Of a stretch of DNA of 64,000 bases, positions 1-13,254 are shown one piece after another. The notes below the pieces were generated by a model. That model ran no database searches. It saw only the letters and a program-made list of their open reading frames with translations, and was not told the DNA's origin. Source of the stretch: Malacoraja senta. Its lineage: Eukaryota. The translations under genes and the position numbers were made by a program. Every line of letters starts with the position of its first letter. The stretch's first letter is position 1. Location: contig JAXLNO010003796.1 of NCBI GenBank assembly GCA_038087875.1, positions 558,001-622,000 of the forward strand. Reading direction: 5' to 3'.

Positions 1-959
1 AATAGAATATATCGGCATGATAATAGTGAGTTACTCCTTTTATGCAACTTGCAGTAGTTATGAGTTATGAGCCTTTCATGTTTGTGAAGTAAATAGCTGT
101 GACTCCACCTTTATCAATGCAATAAATCAGGATTTATAATTAATTGTGTGAGACTTGCTCATTTGTGTCCATTTCATCAAGAAAATATTTGCTTCTTGCA
201 AAGATTTAATAACAAGGTCATAAACTGCACGAGCTGTGCAACAAGCAAAAATTTAATTCAATATCTGCCTGCAGAGATAGTTAATTTAATACTCATCAAT
301 TCTAATTTATTATGCAGTTACGCTTCTGTGCTACATAGAGTGGACATTCACATACATTCTGAAATTCATGTGTTCGCTAGAAATAAACGCTTAGTTTAAT
401 GGATTGTAGTTATGAAAGCTAATTTTAGTTTGAGTGTCATTTCAGGGATCAAAATTCACAAGAATGTTATTATTTAAAAATCTAAAGTCATTAGATTTGA
501 AGGAGCAGCAGTAGAACTTCTCTCGGTTTAATTGTAATATTGTAATTTTTTGCATCACTGTGCCAAAATGATGAAGGGAAATGTTTTGACATCATGTGCT
601 GAGATTAGATTACTGTAATAAATAATGAAACAATCAAAGAATCAATCTTACTGTCCAGGGCATAAGACATAACAGTTCAACTAAAACCTTTATTTTACTT
701 TTCTGCTATTTCAGAACAACCTGCAATCAAAACCACTTAGATAAGCAGAGAGCAACTATTCTTTAAAAAACAGAATTAAACAGAAATCTGAACATTCGGG
801 ATGAGTAGCTGGTCAATGTTTACGCAGCAAACAAGCTTCTTCCATTCCAATTTTATCTCACTTTACCTGCACTAACCTTTCTCCCCTTATCCACATTCCC
901 CTAGAACTGAACGTCCATGTGGTAACAGGTTTCTCAGGAGTTGCTTGTTGGATCGTTTT

Positions 960-1250
960 ACCTTTTATCTAGAGTTGGGGAAATAAGCACCAGAGGACAT
1001 AGTTTATAGGTTAGAGGGAAAAGACAGGAACCTGAGAGGTAACTGTTTCACATTGAAGGTGTGTATATGGAACGAGTTGCCAGAGGAAGTTGGTGAGGCA
1101 GGTACTTCCACAACATTTCAAAGGCATTTGAACGGGTACATGGATAGGAAAGGTTTAGAGGGAAACAGCCAAACACAGCCAGATGGGCATCTTGGTCGGC
1201 AGTGACATGTTGGGCTGAAAGGTCTGTTTCTGTGCTCTGTGACTCTATGA
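960..1250 (+). mobile_element. CR1 LINE 3' end, degenerate
   Basis: Matches the 3' ORF2/UTR motifs of the intact CR1 copies in this window (agaggacatagttta..., tggaacgagttgccagaggaag, gggctgaaagg...tgtgctctgtgactctatga). Confidence 0.75.
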
Positions 1251-2434
1251 TGGTGTGTGTGTGAGGGGTAGGGGTAGGGGAGAAAGCTGGAAAAGAGAGG
1301 TAGGGGTGGACAAAGCTAGTCAAGTGATAGGTGTACACAGGTGAGGGTTTGAGGGTACTGAGGAAGGGAAAGGTGCAGGGTGAATGGGGTGTAGAGAGAT
1401 GGTGAAAGCAATCTGTGGGGGTGTGGGCAGAGGAAAGAGGGGGGGGTAGGGGTGTATCACCTCATTAGGAAATTGACAGGCAGGCACAAATAACCTGCTT
1501 TTAAAATTCTGTTGCTTATTAACAAGTTGCTTCATCAACACATTCATAATTTGGTTAGCACTTCATCTACTATCTTTTTAACATTTTTATTTTATTTTAA
1601 TTATGTCAGTACAACTGGTCCCAATTTACTACTTCACTTGGCAAATCAACACAAATATTCTACTTCTTCAACAGCTTAAAATATTCTCCATATTTATGAA
1701 AGCAAAAATGAAGTGTTTATTTTGTGTGTGGAGTGGGAAAAATGTTAAAAATATGAGTATAAAAAAAGGGAATATTGCATAATTCAGTTGTTAAAACGTG
1801 AAATGCCTTGTCAGAGTAAACAGGAAGGAGATACCTCCTGAAGCAGGAATAAAAATCAAGTGTCCTATAGTTAAAATAATTAGTGAAAGGATTATAGGGT
1901 AGATGAGGAAAAAAGAAATCACAAAAAGGTGATAGGTGTCCAGAACACTCTGTATGAATGCTTGGTGAAAGTCTCAATCTTCTGCTACCCTTATCCTCTG
2001 ATGATCAACGGTTACGCTACTCCACTGAATGCAATGCGGAATCTCATTATAGGGTGTGTATTTTTTGCTGTGATGAGGCTTCCACGATGCAGGAAATGGC
2101 CCATATTGTTAAGTATTGCCTTTAATCATTGGTGTCAAATGACGGTGTTATACAACTGGGGTAAATTGTAGAGGCTCTATGTTTTGTGGATGTTAAGCGT
2201 AAGGCCAATTATCTCAAATGCAGCTTCTGAATGCACATAAAACCAAGCTCAACTACTGAGATTTTGATGATGTTGATTGGGAGCAGAAGCGATGCAAGTT
2301 GAACAGTTACCCATTAGTCTTGTAAATTAGTTCCACTCCAGCTGAAGGTTTGTAGGAAATGAGGTGCAGGATTGCAGCAAGAATGGTTGAACAATTTGAA
2401 ACAATGATCCAACCTTGTTTGACATCATGTTGTT

Positions 2435-2561
2435 AAAGAAGGAACTGCAGATGCTGGAAAATCGAAGGTACACAAAAATGCTGGAGAAACTCAGCGGGTG
2501 CAGCAGCATCTATGGAGTGAAGGAAATGGGCAACGTTTCGGGCCGAAACCCTTCTTCAGAC
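2435..2561 (-). mobile_element. Short Penelope-derived element with intact minimal hammerhead core
   Basis: Minus strand 2559-2532 reads CTGAAGA-A-GGGT-TTCG-GCCC-GAAAC-GTT, followed by the family body (gatgctgc...gctgagtttctccagca...ccagcatctgcagttccttctt). Confidence 0.75.
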
Positions 2562-5500
2562 CGTTTGTTTGACACCAGTCTGAATGACATTGGCTCTGTG
2601 GAGGATATTCAATTAGAATAACAGCTTGCATGCCAACATAAAATAAAGATGATGGTCATGATTAGTAGAGTATATATTCCTCATGAAAATCTGCAAATGT
2701 TATGCTGGAAAATGGGATTTTATTACCAACACAGACATAATGGGCTGAATGGTCTCATGTGTCATTAAAGTTTTAGATGATCCAATGATTCAGGGATCAG
2801 AAAACAAATGAGAACCTCTCAACTGAACATATCAATCAGTTTTTTAAATAATTATCTGCAGCTACTCTGTAGCGATGATACTTAGAGATGTTTTAATCTT
2901 CAGTGGGGTATCAGCACACAGGGTTTTCACATCAGCCATAACGCCAAATGACAGAATTTTTTTTTAAATGACCCTCCAACACAAAATTATTATTTTCAGG
3001 TAGCAATTTTGAGTTAATGTGATAACTATAAACCATTTGCATCCTGACCTTGTCATTTATGGTTCATTCTGAATCATCCAGAACAATTACTGATTAGCAA
3101 TGAAGTATCGCCTGCATAGGTTACTCACAGGAAATTGCATAGCAATATTTGAGGATAATAAAATAAATAGTAATTTTTATAAGCTCGTACCATTGTACAG
3201 TTCAAACTCACAATGACGTGAAAAGAAAAGTCCGTGTTTTATTGTACTGAGGAACATTTAATAGACAGGAGTTACAAATTATGGTGTAGAAAATGAAAAC
3301 GTGCATTTATTATCCAGTTTTGGATCACATTTTCTGTGACAAAAGATGCCCATGGTACAATAATAATTCAGAGACAACAGGCCACCTTAGATCCATGTCT
3401 TTGGTCATTATAGCCATGTAATAGAAGGAGGCTTTGAAGATTCCTAAATGCTTCTGGGAGTTAGCTGCTTCTTTACCGTAAGGTCATTCGATTAAACAAA
3501 ATGTTTGGGAGCCAACAGCATTTGTTTTTATTTCCATATTTTTATATCACAATTTTACAGTTGAAAATCCAGCCACCTCGCGTTTTACATGCGTTTGATT
3601 TGATCGTTTTTTGGAATAACGTGCTTGTTTAATACCAAAGCCTAAGTTATGCACTTGTATTTTTTAAATAATACGCTCAAATTTACGCCTGGCAGTGTAG
3701 TCACGGGGATGCCTTGCAAGGTACTGTACATGTTTAATTCAAGCGTTTTTGAGATTCGCGTTGCTTTTCAAGAATGTAAACCCTGTGTAAAATGAGAGTT
3801 AGCTCTATAACTTTTTTACGATGTCTGTCCTGTTTCATATTCATTTCCGTTATACAGTGTAAGTACTTATAAGTTCATTAAATTTATTTGGGGTTATTAA
3901 ATTAAATTAATCCAGGGTACATCCAATTTTAAAATCATAAATATTTATTGCGTACCCTCAATGACCTAGTTGGTAACTGCAGCAGTCATGTGTATGGAGT
4001 TCTACAAACGAGAAACTTTAATGCCCACTTCTACTAAATTATCTGGTTGAATAATACAATTGTCTTCTGGCCCTAGGCTGCTACGGGTGGAAAGAAAACA
4101 GCAAGAGTTCTCATTTCTAATCGCTATCTAATGGAAATGCACATTCATGGAAATAGAGTGAGGAAAGAATTAGACTCTGTTCTGATTTTCCCACCCCCAT
4201 TCCAGTTCCAGCTGAATAGACTGATGAAATTCACTGACTGTTATGTGAACATGACGAATGGCCCCACAAGTGTCCATGTCTGCAGGGCTGAGGTGGAGAT
4301 GGAAGAGAAAATAGGGACAATTATTGAAAGTGATTAAACATACTAAATATTTGCACATCAACCCAGAAGGCTTTACAATGCAATAAAAAGACAGACTTGA
4401 AGCTGCAGCAACACAACGCTTAATAAATGTGCAAATGTAATCTTCACTGTTTAAGTTTCTAGTAAACCCATTCCATATCTCTGCAGATGTAATGACATGC
4501 ATGTACATATAGAGAAGTTGTTGCTGGAGGAGTTTAACGTTCGAGACTGTAATTATATAATCACACTGCAAAGTAGAGGAAACACAGATTTATCTGAATT
4601 CCTGAGAAAGGTTAATGCTTTATGTTTGGTGCAGACTTAAGTTAGAGCAATAGCTTATGGTACGCTTCAAAATATGAAGAGAAAATTACCAAAGTCATTA
4701 TTTTCTGTACTTTCATTATTTTCTGCTCTGCACATAATTGTACAATACATCACCAAATCAGAAGCCATTTGCAGCATCAATATTCAAGTTTAAAATTTCA
4801 GTGGCAGCAGTAACTAAATATTCATTACTTTCCACTTTTGTCCATTAGCAGGATAAATCTGTATACACAGTTGCCCATCCTAATAGCAGAGTGTATGCAA
4901 TCCATCAGTGAGAGAGATGTGGTGATGTTATTGAAATGGTCACACCATTTTCCATTCTGCTTAATGGTGTTTCAGCAAACACTGTGTACATTATAAAGCC
5001 AATAGATTCAGACCTTAGGAAAATTGAGGTTGGTTGCAAAGCCTTGAATGAAAAAAAAGCTGTCTAGTTTGATCTTATACAGGATTGTTATAAAAGCACT
5101 GCATTGCATTTCAATGCAACATCACAACGATCTCAAATCACCTTAAAAGGTCTGAAAAGAACCTGAAATTTTTTTTTTCTTCCTCTTGTTAGTGCTCTCT
5201 GCTTGACTCTGTGAGTGAATATAGAATGGTGTTCCCCATTTGATATTTTAACATAATCAGCTAGTCAGTTATTTCTTTTCACATATTCAGTTATTCCTTT
5301 TCATTCTGAAATTATTTTTCCTCGTTATTCTCTGTGCATTTATAGTGAGCTGTAAAATTTGAGTTTAGCAGGCTCAAATCCCCAATCTCATTTTCTGCAG
5401 CTTTGAAACAACAAGCTATTGGAAACAAGCAGAAACACATTTATTATCTTTTATTTTTACTATTCATTTTGAATCTTACCAACATTCACACATCACTGTA

Positions 5501-5664
5501 ATATCTCCTGCCTGTTTGCTTGCACGTATCCAATGAAGATTCATTTACCTGCTGATCACTATCTGGGTGACAGATGTAGATATTAATAGCCCTGTCAGAA
5601 CATAAGAACCTAACACCTGGAGACATGTTGTTTTCCAAAAAGATTGGGTGAACTATATATTTTA

Positions 5665-6175
5665 CCACAAAGTGCTGGGTTAACTCAGCAAGTCAGGCAG
5701 CCTGCATGGAGAACATGGATAGGTAATGTTTCGGGTCGAGATCAGTCTGAAGAAGGGTCTCGACCCAAAACATCACCTGTCCATGTACTCCAGGAAAGCT
5801 ACCTGACCTGAGTTCTCCAGCGCTTTGTGTCCTTTTGTGTATTAACCAGAATCTGCAATTCTTTGTTTCTAAGGAAGACACAAAATGCTGGAGTAACTCA
5901 GCAGGTCAGGCAGCATCTCTGGAGAGAAGGAATGGGTGACGTTTTGGGTCGAGAACCTTCTTCAGACTGATGTCAGGGGAGTGGGCGGTCAGAGATAGAA
6001 TGTAGTTGGAAACAGTAAGACTAGTGGGAGAACTGGGAAAGGGGAGGGGATGGAGACAGAGGGAAAGCAAGGTTTAAACCAAAGATAGACACAAAAAGGA
6101 GTAACTCAGTGGGACAGGCAACATCTCTGGAGAGAAGGAATGGGTGATGTTTCGGGTCGAGACCTTTCTTCAGAC
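5665..6175. mobile_element. Cluster of four Penelope-derived repeat copies (one inverted pair, then two minus-strand copies)
   Basis: The motif tctgaagaagggtctcgacccgaaac(g/a)tcacc is repeated in both orientations, with a purine-rich linker at 5975-6070. Confidence 0.75.
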
Positions 6176-6737
6176 TTCTCGGAGATGCACACTTCCTGAC
6201 GTGATTGAATAAAAGCAGAATAAGATACCCTGGGTGTCCTTGATTGCAAGAAAATAATATTTGGATTGGCATGACCTCAGGACTGGGGAAAATTAAAAGA
6301 TTTTGACTAGTTTTGAATTATAATGGTTTGCGTTCAAGTAATAACATCATTGATAAATGCTCCATCAACATTTCCCTCTTCTTCTGAAGCTAATTTTGAG
6401 CTCATGGGAGAATTCATAACCTTTATTGTCATGTGTACAATTATGTTGAATTTACATGGCAAGAGATAAACCTGTCATATTAATATAGAAAAGATGCTGA
6501 GCATCTGTGTATACCAGTATATTAAAAGTGGTGTGTTAAAATTATGGCAATAATTGAACTTAATACAGGATTCATAGAGCTAAACCCTCTACATATACTG
6601 GGTGTATGTGTTCAGGTATATACAATGGGAGGGGCAGGGGGGGTGTAATATTATTCAAGCATTCCTGCACAGTTCTGAAGGATAAATGATTGTCACTGTG
6701 AAAACATTTTTGAGACCTGTTTTTACACATAAGTTGT

Positions 6738-7781
6738 CATTCCTCGACTTCCTCATCCACAGACCACAGTCTGTCCGTATTGGTGGAAATGTATCATCCT
6801 CGATAACAATCAGCACGGGAGCACCTCAAGGCTGCGTGCTCAGCCCCCTGCTTTACTCACTCTATACTCATGACTGAGTAGCCGGTCATAGTGCGAACTC
6901 CATCATCAAGTTCACCGACGACACCACTATTGTGGGACCAATCACTGATGGTGACGAGTCAGAGTATAGAAGTGAGATCGACCGATTGACCAAATGGTGC
7001 CAGCACAATAACCTGGCTCTCAACACCAGCAAAACCAAGGAACTGATTGTGGACTTTGGAAGGGGTAGGATAGGGACACATAATCCCGCTTATATCAACG
7101 GGATGATGGTGGAAAGGGTCAAGAACTTCAAATTCCTGGGCGTGCATATTTCCGAAGATTTTTTCTGTTCCCAGCGCACTGATGCAATTATAAAGAAAGC
7201 ACATCAGCGCCTCTACTTCCTGAGAAGATTACGGAGTCGGTATGTCAAAGAGGACTCTCTCGAACTTCTACAGGTGCACAGTAGAGAGCATGCTGACTGG
7301 TTGCATCGTGGCTTGGTTCAGCAACTTGAGCGTCCAGGAGCGGAAAAGAATGCAGAAAGTTGTGACCACTGCCCAGTCCATCATTGGCTCTGACCTCCCC
7401 ACCATCGAAGGGATCTATCGCAGTTGTTGCCTCAAAAAGGCTGCCAGCATCATCAAGGACCCACACCATCCTGGCCACACACTCATCTCTCCGTTGCCAT
7501 CAGGCAGAAGGTACTGGAGCCTGAAATCTGGTACATCCAGGTTCATGAACAGCTTCTTTCCCACAGCCATCAGGCTATTAAACTCGCCATCAAACAAACT
7601 CTGAACTATAACAGCCTATTGCACTTTATCTGTTTATTTATGTGTATATATATGGTCAATGCTATATAGACACACTGAACTGTTCTGTATTTATGCTTAC
7701 ACTGTTGTGCTGCAGCAAGCAAGAATGTCATTGTCCTATCTGGGACACATGACAATAAACTCACTTGACTTGACTTGACTT
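6738..7781 (+). mobile_element. Rex1/Babar LINE, 5'-truncated RT C-terminal half with 3' UTR
   Basis: Broken ORF: [14 protein letters not shown]...[52 protein letters not shown]. Ends in aataaa plus a (cttga)n tail. Confidence 0.9.
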
Positions 7782-7799
7782 ATTAAACTTTGGAGCCGA

Positions 7800-8360
7800 A
7801 TAAATAAATGGCCTGTTATAGTCAAGTGCCGAGTGGAGAACCAGCAAGGTTGTACCCCGCATTGATTTTATTGTGACGGTAGGCAAACTGTAGTGAGTCC
7901 AGGTTCTTGCTAACAAAGGAGTTCCTATGTGCCATAACCAACCTCTCAAAGCACTTTGTCACCATGGATGTTAGTGCCAGTCGGTAGACATTTGGGGATG
8001 TCACCTTACTCTTCTTGGGCACTGTTATTATTGATGTTCCTTTAAATCAGGCAAGAACCTCATGCCTCAGTAATGAGAGGTCGAAGATGTCCACAAAAAC
8101 TTCAGCCAGTTGGTCCATGCAGGTTTTGAGAATGTGACCAGTTACACCATCAGGTTAGGATGCTTTCCAAGGTTTCACCCTCCTGAAGGATCTTCTGACA
8201 TCACTCCCAGTGACTGAGATTGTAGTAGCATCGGGAGCTGTGGGGACCTAAGAAGGCACATCAGTGATCACCCGATGGAATCGTGCATAGAACGCTTTGA
8301 ATTTATCTAGGAGTCACTTGAGTTGCCACTTGGTTTCGTCTTATCGGAAGAGATGGCTTA
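7800..8360 (-). mobile_element. Rex1/Babar LINE RT fragment, degenerate
   Basis: PKKSKVTSPNVYRLALTSMVTKCFERLVMAH...LDSLQFAYR is the RT N-terminal motif. Confidence 0.8.
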
Positions 8361-8577
8361 CAAGCCCTATACATTTCATCATCCAATTTAGAGCAAAAAT
8401 CTATTTTAGCCTTTTTGCACATTCACAATCCAAATTCAGTCCATCCATATAAAAGAGTAATGCTCTTGTAAAAGAAAAATGCTGGTGGCACACATCAATA
8501 ACCAACCTTACATAATCTTTAGATACTCATAATACTTAAAAGCACATAAGTGACGAAATATATTTAACTAGAGCCTT

Positions 8578-8790
8578 ATGAATTTACCGCAAAGAGAGAC
8601 ACAAAGTGCTGGAGTAACTCAGCTGGACAGGCAGCATCTCTTGAGAGAAGGAATGGGTGATGTTTCAGGTCGAGACCCTTCAGATTGAGAGTCAGGAGAA
8701 ACGAGAGATATAGACGGTGAGGTAGAGAGATATAGGACACATGAATGAAAGATATGCAAAAAGGGAACTGGACAGAGTTGAGGGAGTAAG
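8578..8790 (-). mobile_element. Penelope-derived repeat copy
   Basis: Family body gacacaaagtgctggagtaactcagc...gtcgagacccttcaga, followed by a purine-rich stretch. Confidence 0.7.
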
Positions 8791-8844
8791 TATAGGAACA
8801 GGTGTTGCATCTACTGCGGTTGCAGGAATTTACAACGACAATTT

Positions 8845-9143
8845 GGCAGCACAGTGGCGCTGTGGTAGAGCTGCTGTCGCACAGTGGCAAAACCCGCTTT
8901 TGATCCTGACTACCGGTGCTGTCTGTGTGGAGTTTGTACATTCTCCCTGTGATCGTGTGAGCTTTCCCCCGGGGCTCCGGTTTTCCCCCACATTTCAAAG
9001 ACATGCAGGTTTGTAGGTTAATTGGCTTCTGTAAATTGCCCTAGAGTGTAGGACATAGAAGTAGTGTACAGGTGATCGATGGCTCGGTGGACCGAAGTGC
9101 TTGTTTTCATGCTGTATCTCTAAAAACTAGAAATAAACTAAAA
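8845..9143 (+). mobile_element. tRNA-derived V-SINE (HE1-like)
   Basis: A-box-like gtggcgctgtggtaga, B-box-like ttttgatcc, V-domain tgtgtggagtttgtacattctccc...ctccggttt, and a CR1-like tail ending in ctaaa repeats. Confidence 0.8.
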
Positions 9144-9274
9144 AATTGTACATGGCATGGCTGAAACAAAAATGAGATATTGAGGACAAGATCTTGTTCC
9201 AGTGCAGCTGGTTGTAGAACAGCTGTTGGCCCCAAGGAATGTGGGAGTACACCTATTTTATATTTTACATAGAT

Positions 9275-9450
9275 TTCTGGGATATTTTACACTCATCTGG
9301 CAGGGAAGATGGTGCTCAGTTAACGTCTCATCCACAGAAAGCAGGCCCAACTGTCCTAACTCTCTCAGCACTGCAATGAATTGTAAGCCAAGATTAGATA
9401 TTGTGTTGATCTCTTCTTAATCAGAAGTGAGAACACTACCATTGAACATG
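9275..9450 (-). mobile_element. Ancient Deu-domain SINE remnant (SacSINE1/AmnSINE1-like)
   Basis: ctcagttaacgtctcatcc...ctctctcagcactgcaatgaattgtaagcc...tcagaagtgagaacactacca resembles the recalled DeuSINE antisense core. Confidence 0.5.
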
Positions 9451-10589
9451 ACAGCATATTTGAAAATCTGTCAAATAAATTAAATCATTTTATTTGACAA
9501 CGCTTACTGGAGCAGATTCAAGGTTATAAAGCAATGTCCTCGTCAACTAGACAGTTATAGACAGGCTTTTTCATTCTTCTGATACTGAACATTTGAACAG
9601 AACCTTCATACCTCCTCCACCCACGATCCTCTTTGTATTTATAGCTCTAATTCTGTCTCTTGGCAAGACAGGTATTACATGGAATGTACCCAAAACAATC
9701 AAACTATATCACTGTAAAGGACTTTTGATGTTAGATTGCAAACTATAACTGGTATTTTGTAATCAATAACTTGTTATTACATCGCTGCTTCATGAAGCAA
9801 TCCTGTAATCCTTTAGACTCCGCCTTACAAAACACTGTTCAGATTTCATAGAACAAGAAGACAAACAGATGTGCATTGAGAGTGTTATGTCTTCATGATT
9901 GCTGGTAATTGGTAGATTTATTTCCAGTCACCATCCTTGCCGAGTGAATAAAGTCCCTAAAGGCCTAGCCATCAGGAAACTTGAGTGCTAGGTCGCGTTT
10001 TGGGCTGAATGGTAGATAGGAAAGATGGGAAGCACTGGCACATTTATTTCATTGCCAGGACCCACACTCTGGAATTGCCTCTCCAAACATTCTGCATCTC
10101 TTAAAATCTTGCTTTTTAAACCAACCATTTTGTTATCTGTTCTAACTATTTCTTATGTGGATTGCCATGCTTTTTAAAAAAAAAGTATTGATAACCCTCC
10201 TATGAAACTCTTTTGGAGGAATAGTTTACAAAGAGCATGGTGTTATTGATTCACACACTGTATAATAATAGGTTTTATAATAAAATGTGGCATTTTAATC
10301 ATTCTTTCCATTCTGCAGAAATTGAATTAATCAAGTGCCTTAAAATGAAGGGTTGGGCATGATAAGGGAAACTTTCCATTTTATACACCAGCTGAGAGAT
10401 AAGGGGAATTAATCAATTTTATAGTAATCACTAGCTCTTGCATTACTGCTTTCACTATTTCAACAAATATTCCATTGTCAACACTAATGGACTTTGCAGT
10501 AAAAGACATCCTGTGCGTATTTGAAATAGAATTGCTCACAAATGTGTTCCCAGAATGCAGCCTCAATGTCTTGTAACCATATACAGATG

Positions 10590-10965
10590 AATCTCCTCCA
10601 ACCTCATCTACTGCATCCGCTGCTCTAGATGTCAGCTGATCTACATCGGTGAGACCAAGCGAAGGCTTGGCGATCGTTTCGCCGAACACCTCCGCTCGGT
10701 CCGCAAAAAACAACCTGACCTCCCAGTGGCTCAGCACTTCAACTCCCCCTCCCATTCCGTATGGGACCTCTTTGTCCTGGGTCTCCTCCGTGGCCAGAGC
10801 GAGCAACACCGGAAATTGGAGGAACAGCACCTCATATTCCGCTTGGGGAGTCTGCGTCCTGGGGCATGAACATTGAATTCTCCCTATTTTGCTAGCCCCT
10901 GCTGTCTCCTGCCCTTCCTATCTCTCCCTCAGCCCTCGGGCTCCTCCTCCTTTTTCCTTTCTTCT
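10590..10965 (+). mobile_element. Penelope-like element, GIY-YIG endonuclease C-terminal fragment
   Basis: Translates SSNLIYCIRCSRCQLIYIGETKRRLGDRFAEHLRSVRKKQPDLPVAQHFNS...RKLEEQHLIFRLGSLRPGGMNIEFS, followed by a pyrimidine-rich UTR. Confidence 0.9.
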
Positions 10966-12266
10966 GATAGTTGCTGGAAAACTTTATGGGTCCAGGGAAG
11001 AGAAGCCATGTACATTTAATGAAATGCCATTGCATGCTACTGTACATGCTCTCCAAAATAAAATCCTTTAATATAACCAATAGAGTATAGTTTTGTTGCA
11101 AATCAGTCAGTAAAGATTGAATCACTCAGTCTTGGTGGCATCCTGGCATGATCCATGATTTGAGTTAATTGATTTCAGCTAGGGTTGAAGATTTAGAGCC
11201 ACGATGACTTCAGAACTAAGGAGGAGAAGATATCAACCTGAGGCCATACGTCTGATCATTCTCTAGTGACCACTCCTTGCTATTTAGTTATGTAAATATC
11301 AACTAAGGACACGATGGGGCATATTTAAATAATCAACAACACATATTTAGCTTTACACAAATAAACAACACATATTTAGCTGTGCAACTCCACCCAAGTG
11401 TCACCCAGTGCCTCAAAAGAAAATTGAAAGCAAATATTTCATTAAATCAAGAGCAGGAACAAAAGTTCAGCAAACAATTTTATGGTTGTAACTAGTTTTC
11501 TTTTACTATTTGTAGGGGTTACTTTGCTGCTTTTAACTGAGGACAGACAGCTCTGGAGAAAGACAACTCTTTTTGTTAGAAAAGAACAAATGGCTGAGCA
11601 ACTCTGTCATTCAAACTGTTTCCACATCTTAAAGAAACACAACAAGTAGTGGGTTGGGTGCCAAATTCCCCAATCATAGAAGTAAACACCATCGGTCAAG
11701 GTTTACATTGGAAGTTCATTGGGAGCTGTGACAGCACTCGATTGCGTGTTAAGTAGCTGAACAGATAAAGAACCAGTAATTCAACTCAAGTTACATAATG
11801 TTATAGCAGGAATCCCACCTTGTTATGGAGACTGCTCTCTCTAATAGCAGGACTATATAGACTGGAGCTTTACCTCAGCTTGTTAATATCCTGCTTGCTG
11901 TTGAAGAATCCTGTTAGAAAATAACCTGTAAGAAGCTGGCTTAGATTGAAACAAAAAAGGAAAGTAAAAAAAGGAAATGTCAAGCTTATAAAAAAGATAA
12001 ATACAAAAAAACTGAAATATTTGTAGAATCGTTGCTTGAACAGAGAAAAGAAAGGGAAGATCTCATTGAAAGCCAGGAACTTGAGCAATGGAATCTGTGG
12101 GGGATTTGCACGTGTAAGTTATAATGCAAAGCTACCAATGGATGTCTGAAACAAAACAATAAGTAGACCAAAGGAGGACCCTTCCTGCTGCTGAATACGT
12201 TATTCTAGCTACTTCGGTTCATTTCAGATGCTGCTTTCAAAATACACTGATGGAGGTAAGATTATG

Positions 12267-12723
12267 TCAGAATTGGGTTGCTTTGGGGAAGCGGGTGAGT
12301 GGTGGAATATTGCGTTGGGGAAACGGGGCCCAACGGATCTGAGGGGTAGGGAGGGGAGAGGGGTTATGTAGGGTGGAGGTTAGGGAGTGACTGAGGGTAG
12401 GGGAAAGGAGAGTGAGGGAGAGGTGAAGGAGGGAGAGGAGGGGAGAGAAGAGGGAGAGTGAAGAGGAGGGGGAGGGAGTGTTGGGGGATGAGGGGAAATG
12501 AGCCGCGCCTGTGCAGTTCGGGGCTATGGGTGAGTGGTGGAATATTGCGTTGGGCGAACGGGTTACGTTGGAGGAACAGGTGATTGGCTCCGGGGGGCGC
12601 CTGTCTCCAGGGTGAGCGCCGACGCCGCGTTCAGGGACCAGCCCTCCCGTGTGACGCTGTGCCGCCCCCCCCCCCCCCCGCCCGCGTTGGGGGACGGGGC
12701 CCAACGGGTCCCACTTGGTCTAG
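12267..12723 (+). mobile_element. GC-rich non-autonomous Helitron-like 3' fragment
   Basis: Subterminal hairpin GGGGCCC-AAC-GGGTCCC (12696-12712), then CTAG|T at 12720-12724. Internal 27-bp direct repeat at 12293-12319 and 12528-12554. Confidence 0.6.
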
Positions 12724-13254
12724 TTATCACTAAAAGTGCAGTAAAAGTGTAATGTCCATGATGTTCATTTCAACTTTGAAAACAAATCCAGTTATTTTAT
12801 CCTTCTGAACATGTCAAAGAGAGTATTCTCAACAGTATAACCCCACACTAGATCACTGTAGATGATATTAGGGGTGAAATTAGAGTTGATGAAGTAAGTT
12901 ACTGTACATTAAAGCATTTTCCACACTATAGTAGACTGGTATGAAACTTGCAGAATAAGGCTAGTTTTGTTTTGTATATTGTTAGTATTTTGGGAGCATT
13001 TCAACTTGCCTTTATTAATACATTTCTTGATTGAAATTAGGATTTAAATAAATTACTATTTTGAGTTAACAATACTAGTACTAACAGAGTACTAAATAGT
13101 GTTTTTGCAGTGATTATTTTATTTAAAAGCCTCCGTCTCTCCGTGGAGCCACGGTTTTAGTTACTGTGTCTTGAAACGGGCTACACCTCAGTTTCCCATG
13201 CAAGAACTATGAGACTTTATCAAATAGCAGTTTTGTAAGTACATATTTTTGGTG

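Noticed and set aside
3555-3810. CpG-containing Tigger/pogo-like MITE
   Set aside because: The terminal inverted repeats are too degraded to support a call.
11815-12175. Possible LINE 3' end with A-rich tract
   Set aside because: No convincing protein motif or tail, so the family could not be assigned.
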